A stretch of 40,316 bases of DNA from Flavobacteriaceae bacterium. Its GTDB lineage: Bacteria; Bacteroidota; Bacteroidia; Flavobacteriales; Flavobacteriaceae. Positions 29,619 through 40,004 of the stretch are shown one piece after another. Location of the stretch: assembly GCA_947444255.1 (NCBI GenBank), contig CANEZU010000001.1, positions 1-40,316 on the forward strand, read 5' to 3'. The position numbers were made by a program, and so were the translations under genes. The notes under the pieces are model-generated. The model did no database searches and had not been told where the DNA came from. It saw nothing but the letters and a program-made list of their open reading frames with translations. The stretch's first letter is position 1. The number at the start of each line of letters is the position of its first letter.

Positions 29619-30548
29619 ATGATTACAAGTCTTTTTCGAAAATCTACACCATTAAATTATTCATTGATCTTAGTATCGGTGTTTTTTTTCTTTTTTATCT
29701 ATCAAATTCAGCTAGGAAGTGAACTAAAATTGGGTTTAAGTTTTATTGAAAAAGCGGCTTTACTTCTAGTTATTCTAGTTTCTTTATTTGTCATTAATTT
29801 TATTGTCAAAAAAAACGGATTGAGCAAAGACAGTAGCTACACGGTTTTATTTTATTTTTTGTTTCTGTTAATTTTTCCCTCGGTTTGGAATAATATTTAT
29901 TTAATGCTATCCAATTTTTTTCTTTTGCTGGCGCTGAGGCGATTGATCAGCATGGGAACAAATAAGGCCATTAAAGAAAAAATATTCGATGCATCACTCT
30001 GGATTTTTCTAGCGTCATTATTTCATTTTTGGGCTATTTTATTTATTATTTTAGTTTTTGTAGCTATTGTATTTCATGCTTCAAGAGATTATAGGAATTG
30101 GGCCCTGCCTTTTATTGCTTTTTTTACGATTGGGACTCTTTTTGTTTTGTCTACTCTAATTTTGAATACCGATAGGATTAGTATATTATTAGAAAGTGCT
30201 CAAATTAATTATAAGATTGATTATTTTGTAAATAACTACGAAAATCTGGCCTTGTCACTTTATGCAACGGTCTCCTTGTTTTTTATTGTTTCAATAGCTT
30301 TAACATTTTCAAACCGGCCGTTGATGTTGCATGCTACCTATAAGAAAACAGTTTTAGCTTTTTTTATTGGAGTAGCGGTTTTTATAATTTCGCCAAATAA
30401 AAGCAGCGACTTATTAGTATTTACTTTTGCTCCATTGACTATTTTAGCCACGAGTCATATCGAAATAGTTTCGGTTAAATGGCAAAAAGAAGTAGTCCTT
30501 GTGGGAGTTATTTTAATCAGTTTCTTTTGTTTTTTCGCTCAACTATAA
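29619..30548 (+). CDS. Integral membrane protein (DUF6427-like)
   Basis: 309-aa multi-pass protein with KIFDASLW...FHFW; family name recalled from the typical upp neighbourhood. Confidence 0.75.
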   Translation: MITSLFRKSTPLNYSLILVSVFFFFFIYQIQLGSELKLGLSFIEKAALLLVILVSLFVINFIVKKNGLSKDSSYTVLFYFLFLLIFPSVWNNIYLMLSNFFLLLALRRLISMGTNKAIKEKIFDASLWIFLASLFHFWAILFIILVFVAIVFHASRDYRNWALPFIAFFTIGTLFVLSTLILNTDRISILLESAQINYKIDYFVNNYENLALSLYATVSLFFIVSIALTFSNRPLMLHATYKKTVLAFFIGVAVFIISPNKSSDLLVFTFAPLTILATSHIEIVSVKWQKEVVLVGVILISFFCFFAQL

Positions 30549-31196
30549 TTTATTCCCGTAGGCTAAATCGCCAGCATCTCCAAGACCAGGAATAATATAG
30601 TCTTTTTCGTTTAGTTTTTCATCTAATGCCGCAATCCATAAATGGCAGTTTTCGGGTAGATTTTCTTCCAGATAGTCAATTCCTTCTGGAGCTGCAATAG
30701 CCACAGCAAGATGAATTTCTTTGGGGTTTCCTTTGTCTTTAAGTTTATTAAACACGGCGACTATTGATTTTCCCGTTGCCAACATTGGATCAATCAGCAA
30801 TAGAATTTTATCATCAATTTTTGGGATTGCCTGATATTCGACAACAATATCAAAATAGTCATCATCATTAGGATGGTGCCGGTAGGCTGATATGAAGCCA
30901 TTTTCAGCGGAATCAAAATAATTCAGAAAGCCAGTGTGTAATGGCAATCCTGCTCGGAGAATAGTACATAATACCAATTGATCTTCAATTGCCGTTGTTT
31001 TTTTTATTCCCATAGGCGTTTGAATTTCAATATCCTTGTACTGAAGATTTTTGCTCAATTCGTAGGCCATGATTTCACCAATTCGTTCAATATTTCTCCG
31101 AAAGCGCATGCTGTCCTTTTGAATAGTGATATCTCTAATTTGGCCCAAAAAATGGTTTAGCACGCTGTTATTATCAGATAGAATATGGATTTGCAT
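30543..31196 (-). CDS. upp: Uracil phosphoribosyltransferase
   Basis: ILRAGLP, PRPP-binding LIDPMLATGKS and YIIPGLGDAGDLAYG. Confidence 0.97.
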   Translation of the reverse strand: MQIHILSDNNSVLNHFLGQIRDITIQKDSMRFRRNIERIGEIMAYELSKNLQYKDIEIQTPMGIKKTTAIEDQLVLCTILRAGLPLHTGFLNYFDSAENGFISAYRHHPNDDDYFDIVVEYQAIPKIDDKILLLIDPMLATGKSIVAVFNKLKDKGNPKEIHLAVAIAAPEGIDYLEENLPENCHLWIAALDEKLNEKDYIIPGLGDAGDLAYGNKL

Positions 31197-31263
31197 AAAA
31201 ACAGGTATAAAGTTTAAGGGTTAAATGTATAAAAAGTATCTTTGCTTTTTAAAGTATAAAGAT

Positions 31264-31869
31264 ATGTTTTCAAAATTAGCTTATTCTGTATTCGAACAAA
31301 GTATTCGTGATTACCATCAATTCGACAATGTCGATCAACCCATTAACAATCCTTTTCCCAAAGATAATTTTGAGCATTTATTGTTTCTAAAAAATTGGAT
31401 TGATACGGTACAATGGCATTTTGAAGATATAATTCGGGATCCCAATATCGATCCGGTAGCCGCTTTGACCTTGAAAAGAAGAATCGACGCCAGTAATCAG
31501 GAACGTACGGATATGGTCGAATATATAGACAGTTATTTCTTAGAGAAATTTAAGTCAGTTAAAGTAAAATCCGATGCCAAAATCAATTCTGAAAGTCCAG
31601 CTTGGGCATTTGACCGTTTGTCAATATTGGCTTTAAAAATCTACCACATGCAGGAAGAGGTTAATCGCAAAGAGGCTTCACAAGATCATAGAGATAAATG
31701 TCAGGTAAAATTGAATGTACTTTTGGAGCAAAGAAGTGATTTGTCTACCGCCATTGATGATTTGTTGGCTGCTATAGAAAGTGGCGATAAATTCATGAAA
31801 GTATACAAGCAAATGAAGATGTATAATGACGATGATTTGAATCCGATATTATATCAGAATAAAAAATAA
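31264..31869 (+). CDS. DUF4254 domain protein
   Basis: QWHFEDIIR, KRRIDASNQERTD, ESPAWAFDRLSILALK and KQMKMYND. Start moved to ATG 31264 because a TATCTTTG -7 box (31237-31244) lies inside the longer ORF. Confidence 0.85.
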   Translation: MFSKLAYSVFEQSIRDYHQFDNVDQPINNPFPKDNFEHLLFLKNWIDTVQWHFEDIIRDPNIDPVAALTLKRRIDASNQERTDMVEYIDSYFLEKFKSVKVKSDAKINSESPAWAFDRLSILALKIYHMQEEVNRKEASQDHRDKCQVKLNVLLEQRSDLSTAIDDLLAAIESGDKFMKVYKQMKMYNDDDLNPILYQNKK

Positions 31870-31883
31870 ATTCAGAATTTAAG

Positions 31884-32921
31884 TTGCCGAAAAAACAACA
31901 TATCGCCGTTATGAGACTTTCCGCAATGGGAGATGTCGCCATGACGGTTCCTGTTTTGTGCGCTCTTGTACATCAGTATCCTGAAGCTCGAATTACGGTC
32001 ATTTCGCGCCCTTTTTTCAAACCTTTTTTTGAGGGAATATCAAACGTTTCTTTTTTTACTTTCGACGCTAAAAATAGGCATAAGGGATTTCTAGGTTTGT
32101 TGCACTTGTTCCAAGATCTAAAAAAACTCAAAATTGATGTTTTTGCCGATTTACATAATGTATTGCGATCTAAAATTATCCGCACACTTTTTGCCGTCAG
32201 CGGAATCAAAGTTGCTTTTACAGATAAAGGGAGAGCGGATAAAGCGGCTTTGACACGAGCAGATAACAAGCTATTCCAACCCATTCGCACGATGTTCGAA
32301 AGGCATTCGGATGTGTTCTTCCAATTGGGTTTCCCAATTAATTTGGCAGATCCTATTTTTCCAAATAAAAAAGTACTAAAACCAGAAATCCTCGCTTTAA
32401 TCGGAATAAAAAAAGGAAGTTGGATTGGAATCGCTCCTTTTGCCCAATACGAATCGAAAGTGTATCCTTTGGATTTGATGCGCGAGGTATTGGTCGAATT
32501 ATCCAAAGACTCATCGTTTCAACTATTTCTTTTTGGTGGCGGAACTTCCGAAATTGAATTGCTGAATACCTTATCGGCCAATATTAAAAATTGTATTGTC
32601 ATTGCGGGTAAATTACAATTCAATCAAGAATTACAGTTAATCCATAATTTGGATCTAATGCTTTCCATGGATTCCGGAAATGCCCATATTGCAGCGATGC
32701 TGGGCGTAAAAGTCATTACACTTTGGGGCGCCACTCATCCCTATGCTGGCTTTTCACCGTTCAATCAACCACTAGAGAATGCTATAGTTTCTGATCGTAA
32801 TCAATTTCCAAATCTACCGACTTCGGTTTACGGAAACAAAATAGTAGCCGGTTATGAAGATGCTATGCGAACTATTTTACCCAATCAAGTTGTTGAAAAA
32901 ATCAAAACTTCCTTAAAATAA
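31884..32921 (+). CDS. GT9 glycosyltransferase (heptosyltransferase-like)
   Basis: RLSAMGDV, ADLH and MDSGNAHIAAMLG...LWGAT. Confidence 0.9.
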   Translation: MPKKQHIAVMRLSAMGDVAMTVPVLCALVHQYPEARITVISRPFFKPFFEGISNVSFFTFDAKNRHKGFLGLLHLFQDLKKLKIDVFADLHNVLRSKIIRTLFAVSGIKVAFTDKGRADKAALTRADNKLFQPIRTMFERHSDVFFQLGFPINLADPIFPNKKVLKPEILALIGIKKGSWIGIAPFAQYESKVYPLDLMREVLVELSKDSSFQLFLFGGGTSEIELLNTLSANIKNCIVIAGKLQFNQELQLIHNLDLMLSMDSGNAHIAAMLGVKVITLWGATHPYAGFSPFNQPLENAIVSDRNQFPNLPTSVYGNKIVAGYEDAMRTILPNQVVEKIKTSLK

Positions 32922-32922
32922 A

Positions 32923-32948
32923 AAAACTTCCCTTTTCAGAGAAGTTTT
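32923..32948. terminator. Probable bidirectional terminator between convergent genes
   Basis: aaaacttc...gaagtttt inverted repeat between the GT9 and reductase stop codons. Confidence 0.55.
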
Positions 32949-32973
32949 CTTTACTATTTATTTGGGATCATTA

Positions 32974-34026
32974 TTAAACATCATCATAATCTACATAAAT
33001 CGTTTCTGATGTTGGATGTGCCTGACAGGTTAGGATCAATCCAGAAGCGATTTCGCCATCAGTAAGGATTGCATTTTTCTTCATTTCGGCAGTTCCAGAT
33101 GTGATGCGAGCCAAACAGCTGCTACAAATTCCACCTTGGCAGGAATACGGAGCATCTATTCCTTGTTTTAGTGCAGCTTCCAACAGGGTTTGTTTTTGAG
33201 ACATTTCAAAAGTAGTTTCCTCATCATCTACCAAAACAGTTATTTTAGTATGACCACCCAATGCTTTTTTAATTTCATTTTCTTCGGCAGAAGGGGTAAA
33301 AAGTTCAAACTTAATAGCCGATTCCTTGACATTATTTTCTTTTAAAACATCAGAAACGCAAGTAATCATTTGTTCAGGACCACACAAATAGAATTTTTCG
33401 AATTCCAATTCCTTGTGTTTGTTTTTCAGTACGAAGTTGACGGTTGATTTTTCTATTCTTCCGAACAACTGATCCTCTATTTTAGCCTGACTGTATACGA
33501 AGTGAACAAAGAAACGAGCTACATATTTTTGTTGTAAATCATGTAATTGTTGATGAAACATAGTTTCTTCGGGAGTTTTATTTCCGTAAACCAAGACAAA
33601 ACTACTTTTAGGTTCGCTGATTAGGACGCTTTGTATTATAGATAAAACGGGAGTAATTCCACTTCCAGCTACAAAAGCCGCATAATTTCTGGCACGATCG
33701 GCATCAGGTGCAAAAGTAAATTTTCCTTCGGGAGTTCCTACTTCGAGAGTGTCACCCGCTTTTAGTTTCGTATTAGCGAGTTGAGAAAAAGCACCGCCTT
33801 TTACAGCTTTTACAGCAATTCGAAGTTCACCGCTTTCGGGTGATGAACAGATGGAATAGGCGCGACGGATTTCTTCACCATCAAGTTTCAACTTCAAAGT
33901 AGTGTATTGACCGGCTAGAAAAGTATAAAAAGCTTTAAATTCCAAAGGGACATTAAATAAGACAGAAACCGAGTCTTTTGTTTCTCGTTTCACTTCTTTG
34001 ATGTTTAATTTATAGAATGATGACAT
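32974..34026 (-). CDS. FAD/NAD(P)-binding 2Fe-2S oxidoreductase (PaaE-like, ferredoxin-NADP reductase family)
   Basis: RRAYSICS (FAD), AGSGITP (NAD), LCGP and CQGGICSSC...LTCQ (2Fe-2S). TATCTTTG -7 box at 34040-34047 on the minus strand. Confidence 0.9.
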   Translation of the reverse strand: MSSFYKLNIKEVKRETKDSVSVLFNVPLEFKAFYTFLAGQYTTLKLKLDGEEIRRAYSICSSPESGELRIAVKAVKGGAFSQLANTKLKAGDTLEVGTPEGKFTFAPDADRARNYAAFVAGSGITPVLSIIQSVLISEPKSSFVLVYGNKTPEETMFHQQLHDLQQKYVARFFVHFVYSQAKIEDQLFGRIEKSTVNFVLKNKHKELEFEKFYLCGPEQMITCVSDVLKENNVKESAIKFELFTPSAEENEIKKALGGHTKITVLVDDEETTFEMSQKQTLLEAALKQGIDAPYSCQGGICSSCLARITSGTAEMKKNAILTDGEIASGLILTCQAHPTSETIYVDYDDV

Positions 34027-34221
34027 GTATTTTTTTTTGCAAAGATACTAAAGTCAATAGTTTTCTAAAAGCGTTAAAATTTTAAATTTTAATACCTTGA
34101 TGTTATAGATTTCTTTTATGCGTTAAAACAATTCGCAAATATATTTTCTGAGTACAAATCACAAAGTTTGTAACGCAATCAAAGGAAACACTACCTATAG
34201 TTAAATCAAAGAATTAAAAGC

Positions 34222-35691
34222 ATGTTCAAACATTTTATCAGCCTAGAATGGAAAGCCTTTTTCAGGTCGGCTTCTTTTAAAACGAATTTGGCTTTGAAAA
34301 TCATCATGGTTTTTTTCGCTTTATATTTTGCCGTTATATTTGTGGGATTAGGCTCTTCGGCTTATTACCTGCTCAAGGAAAAAGGATATAGCGATCCACT
34401 TTTGATAGTAAATAAATATCTGTTTTATTGGTTTTTCGGACATTTGTTCTTCCGTTATTTATTGCAAATACTTCCGGTAATGCATATTCAGCCAATGATG
34501 ATTTTGCCAATACCAAAGTCGAGTCTGGTTCATTATATACTTGGGAAAACGGCAATCTCATTTTTTAATAGTATTCATGCTTTTCTTTTTATCCCTTTTT
34601 CAATTGTTTTATTGATAAATGGTTATAGCGTTTATGGGGTGATAAGTTGGCATTTAGGAATTATGGCAATTGTTTATGCTAGTAATTTTTTAAATGTTTT
34701 AGTTAACAAACAAGATACGATTTTAATTGTAGTTGCAGTTCTGGTCTTCGCTTTAGTGGCCTCTCAATATTATGCAATTTTTGATATTACAGCTTACACG
34801 CAAGATTTTTTTACGGCATTGTATGAGCAGCCTGAAGTTGTTTTGATTCCAATTTTAGTTCTATTGGGGCTTTACATTTTGGCTTATAAATACTTCATCC
34901 ATCATATGTATTTTGATGAAAAATTAGTTGCAAAAAAAGAAACTGTTTCTACAAAAGAATACGCTTGGTTAAACAAATATGGCGTTTTGGGGACTTTCTT
35001 AAAAAATGATATTAAATTGATCAGTCGGAATAAACGGTCTAAGAAAACAGTGATGATGGGATTCTTTTTCCTTTTTTATGGCTTGTTATTTTTGCGACAG
35101 GATATTCCGAATTCGGGAAATATAATGCAAATATTTGCTGGGATATTTGTCTCAGGAGGTTTTCTTTTTAATTTCGGGCAGTTTGTTCCGAGTTGGGACA
35201 GTGGATATTATAAATTATTGATGAGTCAAAACATAACTTACAAAGATTATTTGGCTTCAAAATGGTGGTTAATGGTCATTGCGACCGTAATTTCAACTGT
35301 TTTGGCTAGCTTTTATTTGTATTTTGGATGGCAAGCTTATATGGCAATTGTGGTGGGTGCCATTTACAATATTGGTGTCAACTCTCATTTGGTATTATGG
35401 AGCGGTGCTTATACTAAAACCCCAATTGATTTGGATTCCGGAGCCAATGCTTTTGGGAACAAACAGGCATTCAATATGAAAACCATGCTTTTATCACTTC
35501 CTAAATTGGTTTTACCAGTAGCTCTTTTTGCATTTGGATATTATCTAATTAATCCTACAGCAGGCTATGTTTTAGTTGTATTTGCTGGAATATTAGGTTT
35601 TGCATTCAAGAATAAAGTGTTTTCAATTATTGAAAAAACGTATAAAACAGAGAAATACAAAACCATAGAAGCCTACACGCAAAACAACTAG
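34222..35691 (+). CDS. Membrane protein, putative ABC permease (DUF5687-like)
   Basis: Two hydrophobic halves, each opening with an LEWK/NDIKLI-type helix; directly upstream of an ABC ATPase. Confidence 0.75.
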   Translation: MFKHFISLEWKAFFRSASFKTNLALKIIMVFFALYFAVIFVGLGSSAYYLLKEKGYSDPLLIVNKYLFYWFFGHLFFRYLLQILPVMHIQPMMILPIPKSSLVHYILGKTAISFFNSIHAFLFIPFSIVLLINGYSVYGVISWHLGIMAIVYASNFLNVLVNKQDTILIVVAVLVFALVASQYYAIFDITAYTQDFFTALYEQPEVVLIPILVLLGLYILAYKYFIHHMYFDEKLVAKKETVSTKEYAWLNKYGVLGTFLKNDIKLISRNKRSKKTVMMGFFFLFYGLLFLRQDIPNSGNIMQIFAGIFVSGGFLFNFGQFVPSWDSGYYKLLMSQNITYKDYLASKWWLMVIATVISTVLASFYLYFGWQAYMAIVVGAIYNIGVNSHLVLWSGAYTKTPIDLDSGANAFGNKQAFNMKTMLLSLPKLVLPVALFAFGYYLINPTAGYVLVVFAGILGFAFKNKVFSIIEKTYKTEKYKTIEAYTQNN

Positions 35692-35723
35692 AATTTTTTT
35701 ATTGGATTTCAAAAATTATAATT

Positions 35724-36419
35724 ATGATACAAGTCAATCAACTTTCAAAAATATACAACGCAGTAACCGTCTTAAAAATAGATCATTTAGAAATTAAAAA
35801 AGGGGAAAGCTTTGGATTAGTAGGTAATAACGGAGCTGGGAAAACTACTTTTTTTAGTTTGCTTTTGGACTTAATTCAACCTAGTACGGGAACTATTATC
35901 AACAATCAAGTTGAGGTTAGCAGTAGTGAAAAATGGAAACCATTCACGGCTTCTTTTCTAGATGAAAGTTTTTTGATTGGTTATTTGACAGCCGAAGAAT
36001 ATTTTTATTTCATTGGCGATTTACGCGGACAAAACAAGGCAGATGTTGATTCTTTGTTAGGAAAACATACGGAGTTTTTCAATGGAGAGATTTTAAATAA
36101 TAAAAAATATTTACGCGATTTGTCGAAAGGGAATATGAAAAAAGTGGGGATTATAGCCACTTTAATTGGCAATCCTGAGGTTGTAATATTGGATGAACCT
36201 TTTGCTAATCTAGATCCAACAACCGTAAACCGATTGAAAAAAATTATAAAGGAGCTGGCTGAAAATCCTGCAGTAACTGTTTTGGTTTCTAGTCATGATT
36301 TGCAGCATACTGTTGATGTTTGCAGCCGAATTGTAGCTTTGAACAAAGGCGAAATTGTTAAAGACATTCAAACCTCCGAAGAAACACTGAAAGAATTGGA
36401 AGCATTTTTTGCCGTATAA
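35724..36419 (+). CDS. ABC transporter ATP-binding protein
   Basis: Walker A GNNGAGKT, signature LSKGN, Walker B ILDEP and switch SSHD. Confidence 0.95.
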   Translation: MIQVNQLSKIYNAVTVLKIDHLEIKKGESFGLVGNNGAGKTTFFSLLLDLIQPSTGTIINNQVEVSSSEKWKPFTASFLDESFLIGYLTAEEYFYFIGDLRGQNKADVDSLLGKHTEFFNGEILNNKKYLRDLSKGNMKKVGIIATLIGNPEVVILDEPFANLDPTTVNRLKKIIKELAENPAVTVLVSSHDLQHTVDVCSRIVALNKGEIVKDIQTSEETLKELEAFFAV

Positions 36420-36611
36420 TTAATTGTAATTTAGATTTTAGCAAAGGGGTATCTATTAGTTTGTACCCAATTTTAAAGTTCGCGGACTTTTATACGATCT
36501 GATGATCAAAAAGCAGCCGTTTTTTTTCTACATATCAAAAAGAAATGTATTTTTACCTCTCATTATACTAAAACTGACTTTAGGAAGTTTTAAGAATAAA
36601 TACATTTTACC

Positions 36612-39380
36612 TTGAAAACCAAAGTACTGAAATCGATTACGATAGTAGGATTGTTCCTTTTTTTGATAGCCTGTTCCACCAAGAAAAATACTTTTTTGGC
36701 TCGGAATTCTCACGCTTTAAGCACAAAGTACAATATACTTTATAATGGTGGAGTCGCCCTAGACAAAGGAATCATAGATTTAAAATCACAATATAAAGAC
36801 AATTTTTGGGCTCGATTGCCAATTGAGCGCATGCAAATCAATAAGGAGGAACCACTTCCAGGACAGGCACCAGCAAATCCGAATTTTTCTAAGGCAGAGA
36901 CTAAGGCCGTAAAAGCGATTCAGAAACATTCTATGAATATTGAGGGCATTGAGAAAAACCCCCAAATGGATGATGCTTATTTAACTTTGGGAAAAGCGAG
37001 GTATTATGACCAGCGCTTTGTTCCAGCATTAGAAGCTTTTAATTACATTTTATACAAATACCCCTTTAGCAACAAGATTTACGAGGTAAAAGTGTGGCGC
37101 GAAAAAACGAATATCCGAATGGATAATAATGAAATGGCCATTATTAATTTAAAGAAATTACTCAAGGAAATTAAATTTAAGGATCAGATTTTTGCCGATG
37201 CTAATGCTATTTTATCACAGGCGTTTTTGAATATAGAACAAAAGGATAGCGCTATTGCTAGATTAAAATTAGCTAAAGAATATACTAAACCGAAGGAAGA
37301 ACGGGCAAGATATACTTTTATCTTGGGTCAACTTTATGAAGAATTGGGCTACAAAGACAGTGCTTTTATAGCCTATCAAACGGTTATTGATATGAAAAGG
37401 AAGGCTCCAAAGCCTTATGTTATACATGCTGAAATGAAGCAAGCCCAACAATTTGATTTTGAAAAAGGAGATACTTTAGTCTTTCTTGACAGAATGAATC
37501 ATCTTTTGAAAGATCGAGAAAACAGACCTTTTTTAGATGTTTTGAACCATCAATTTGGATTGTTTTATGACCACAAAAAGAATTATTCACAGGCGGAAAA
37601 ACAGTACAAAATATCCTTAAAAACAAAATCGAAAGATCCTTATTTAGTGGCGTCGAATTACAGAAACCTGGCTGATATTTATTTCAAAAGAGCAAAATAT
37701 CCTGTTGCCGGTCAATATTATGACAGTACTTTAGTGCAGTTGGATGTTAAATCAAGAGAATACAAATCGATAAAAAAGAAAAGAGAAAACCTCACAGATG
37801 TCATTAAATATGAGGGAATTGCCAGCGTAAACGATAGTATTATACGCGTATTTTCTTTATCAAATTCAGATAAAACAGCCTATTTTGAAAATTATATTTT
37901 AAAATTAAAAGCAAGTGAAGCGGCACAGAAAATATTGAAAGACAAAGAGGAAGCCAAAGCGAAAAGGATACAAGCGAATAATCAATCTGGACCGGCCAAT
38001 GCTGGTTCGGGAAATCCGATGTCTCCAAACAAAAGTCCTTTTCAGCCGCCCTCTGAAACCAATGCCATGAATACTAGTCAGAGTGTTTTTTATTTTTACA
38101 ACCCTGCTACTTTAGCTTATGGAAAGAATGAATTTCGGAAGATATGGGGCGATCGAAATTTAAAAGACAATTGGAGAATATCAGCGATAAAAACAGCGAT
38201 TGAAGATCAAAAGGATCAAGCAGTAGCCGATACAAATGCCGGAGAGCTGTCTAAAGAGGATAAATCTAAAGTTGAAAAGATTGATGAACGCTATACTACG
38301 GAATTTTATATTAATAAATTACCCAAATCTATTACAGTGATTGATAGTATTGCCAAAGAACGCAATTTTGCTTATTATCAGTTGGGAACTATTTATAAGG
38401 AAAAATTTAAAGAAAATAAACTTGCCGCAAGCAAGCTAGAGCAACTTTTATTGAACAAACCGGAGGAACGTTTGTTACTTCCAACGATGTATAATTTGTA
38501 TAAAATTTATGAGCAAATAGATACTGAAAAAGCCTTGGCCATGAAAAACAAAATCATAAGTCAGTTTCCAGATTCTAGATATGCACAAATAGTAGGCAAT
38601 TTGAAAACTAAGGATACAGCACTTTCAGAAAGTCCAGAGGGGCATTATTATCAAATTTATAAATTGTATGAAAACGGTGACTTTCGAACCGTTCTTAGTC
38701 AGTTAGAAGTGGCAATTTTTCAATATGCGGGCGAATCGGTTTTACCAAAATTTGAATTATTGAAAGCCATTACTATTGGAAAATTAAAAGGTCTAGAGGA
38801 TTTTAAAAAGGCACTGAATGCAGTAGCTTTGAATTATCCAAATCAAGAAGAAGGAAAGCAAGCAGAATCGATGTTGAAAAACGATGTTCCAAAATTAGAA
38901 AGTTTGAAGTTTCATCTAGGCAAGCCTTTGAGTTGGAAAATACTATATAAGGTGGGAGATATATCAGATCCAAAAACCAAAATACTGCAAGATAAAATCT
39001 TAAAATTGATTAAAGATCGGGAGTTCAATAAGGTTAGAATTTCTTATGATATCTATACCATGAATGAAAATTTCATTGTGATTCACGGATTGAAAACGGA
39101 AGGATTTGCAAATGAAATAGCTACTATTTTAAAAGAATATAAAGAATATAAAGTAACTGATTTATCTTATATTATTTCAAATGATGATTATAAAATAATT
39201 CAATTTAAAAAGAATTTCGAAGAATTTCTGATTACGCCTTTAGTATCACCAGCGCCAGTTAAAGATCCGAATGTTAGTCCAAGTCCTATTCTTGATAAGA
39301 AATTGGAAGAAGTTCCCAATCAGAATGCATCGGGGAATGTTCATCCGCCAAAAGCGGAACCAATTATTAAAAAACAATAA
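36612..39380 (+). CDS. sprE: T9SS/gliding motility TPR lipoprotein SprE (PorW)
   Basis: Lipobox LIAC-STKKN, YNILYNG, KAIQKHSM, TPR-like helices and FYFYN...FRKIWGDRNLKDNWR; TTG start; upstream of bactofilin and atp-type genes. Confidence 0.82.
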   Translation: MKTKVLKSITIVGLFLFLIACSTKKNTFLARNSHALSTKYNILYNGGVALDKGIIDLKSQYKDNFWARLPIERMQINKEEPLPGQAPANPNFSKAETKAVKAIQKHSMNIEGIEKNPQMDDAYLTLGKARYYDQRFVPALEAFNYILYKYPFSNKIYEVKVWREKTNIRMDNNEMAIINLKKLLKEIKFKDQIFADANAILSQAFLNIEQKDSAIARLKLAKEYTKPKEERARYTFILGQLYEELGYKDSAFIAYQTVIDMKRKAPKPYVIHAEMKQAQQFDFEKGDTLVFLDRMNHLLKDRENRPFLDVLNHQFGLFYDHKKNYSQAEKQYKISLKTKSKDPYLVASNYRNLADIYFKRAKYPVAGQYYDSTLVQLDVKSREYKSIKKKRENLTDVIKYEGIASVNDSIIRVFSLSNSDKTAYFENYILKLKASEAAQKILKDKEEAKAKRIQANNQSGPANAGSGNPMSPNKSPFQPPSETNAMNTSQSVFYFYNPATLAYGKNEFRKIWGDRNLKDNWRISAIKTAIEDQKDQAVADTNAGELSKEDKSKVEKIDERYTTEFYINKLPKSITVIDSIAKERNFAYYQLGTIYKEKFKENKLAASKLEQLLLNKPEERLLLPTMYNLYKIYEQIDTEKALAMKNKIISQFPDSRYAQIVGNLKTKDTALSESPEGHYYQIYKLYENGDFRTVLSQLEVAIFQYAGESVLPKFELLKAITIGKLKGLEDFKKALNAVALNYPNQEEGKQAESMLKNDVPKLESLKFHLGKPLSWKILYKVGDISDPKTKILQDKILKLIKDREFNKVRISYDIYTMNENFIVIHGLKTEGFANEIATILKEYKEYKVTDLSYIISNDDYKIIQFKKNFEEFLITPLVSPAPVKDPNVSPSPILDKKLEEVPNQNASGNVHPPKAEPIIKKQ

Positions 39381-39382
39381 TT

Positions 39383-39796
39383 ATGTTCAATAAAAAGCCA
39401 AAATCCTATACCGATCTATTGGGGAAAACCAATCGAATAGTAGAAGGAACAATTATTAAGGGAAATATTCTTTCTCATGCTGATTTTAGATTAGATGGCG
39501 ATTTAGTAGGAAATTTTCAATCTAATGGCAAAATAGTAATAGGTCCTGCAGGAAGTATAAAAGGAGATATTATTTGCAAGAATGCAGATATTGAAGGCAA
39601 ATTTGATGGAAAGATCCAGGTTGCCGAAATGTTGAATATCAAATCAAAAGCAATTATTAGAGGAGAAGTAATCTGCGGAAAACTTTCTGTTGAACCCGGT
39701 GCCGAATTTAGCGCAAGCTGTGTAATGAAACCCAACCTTAAAATAGAGATTAGTCGCCATGACGCACAAGCCAAACCCCAAGAAGTACAGGTATAA
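39383..39796 (+). CDS. Bactofilin (polymer-forming cytoskeletal protein)
   Basis: Repeated I.G.I.G beta-helix pattern: GTIIKGNI...RLDG...IGPAGSIKGDI...IEGKFDG...LSVEPGA. Confidence 0.92.
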   Translation: MFNKKPKSYTDLLGKTNRIVEGTIIKGNILSHADFRLDGDLVGNFQSNGKIVIGPAGSIKGDIICKNADIEGKFDGKIQVAEMLNIKSKAIIRGEVICGKLSVEPGAEFSASCVMKPNLKIEISRHDAQAKPQEVQV

Positions 39797-40004
39797 TAAG
39801 TGGCTGGCACTAATTAATATTCCCATCCAAATGGGGGTTATTGTTTTTGCATTCTCTTATTTAGGAAACTTCTTGGATGCCAAATATCCAAATCCGCATC
39901 AGCTTTTTGTTAAGATTTTAGTACTTTTTGGAGTTGCTATTTCTTTTTATAATATCAATCGACAGTTAAAAGACATCAATAAATCCTCGGACGACCCATC
40001 ATGA
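39759..40004 (+). CDS. AtpZ/AtpI family small membrane protein
   Basis: Two hydrophobic helices with IPIQMG...LGNFLD; position typical of the atp operon leader. Confidence 0.75.
   Translation: MTHKPNPKKYRYNKWLALINIPIQMGVIVFAFSYLGNFLDAKYPNPHQLFVKILVLFGVAISFYNINRQLKDINKSSDDPS

Noticed and set aside
29516-29722. 68-aa ORF upstream of the DUF6427-like gene
   Set aside because: Spans the divergent promoter region, overlaps the real gene out of frame and has no recognisable features.
31225-31263. Upstream ATG for DUF4254
   Set aside because: Lies upstream of the TATCTTTG promoter box, so it is unlikely to be transcribed.
31973-32506. 177-aa antisense ORF and the other short antisense ORFs in the track
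   Set aside because: Almost all are nested opposite or out of frame within well-supported genes and show no motifs.
26464-34026. Phenylacetate catabolic cluster (PaaK-like plus PaaE-like)
   Set aside because: No paaABCD or paaZ; the two genes are about 5 kb apart in separate transcription units among housekeeping genes.
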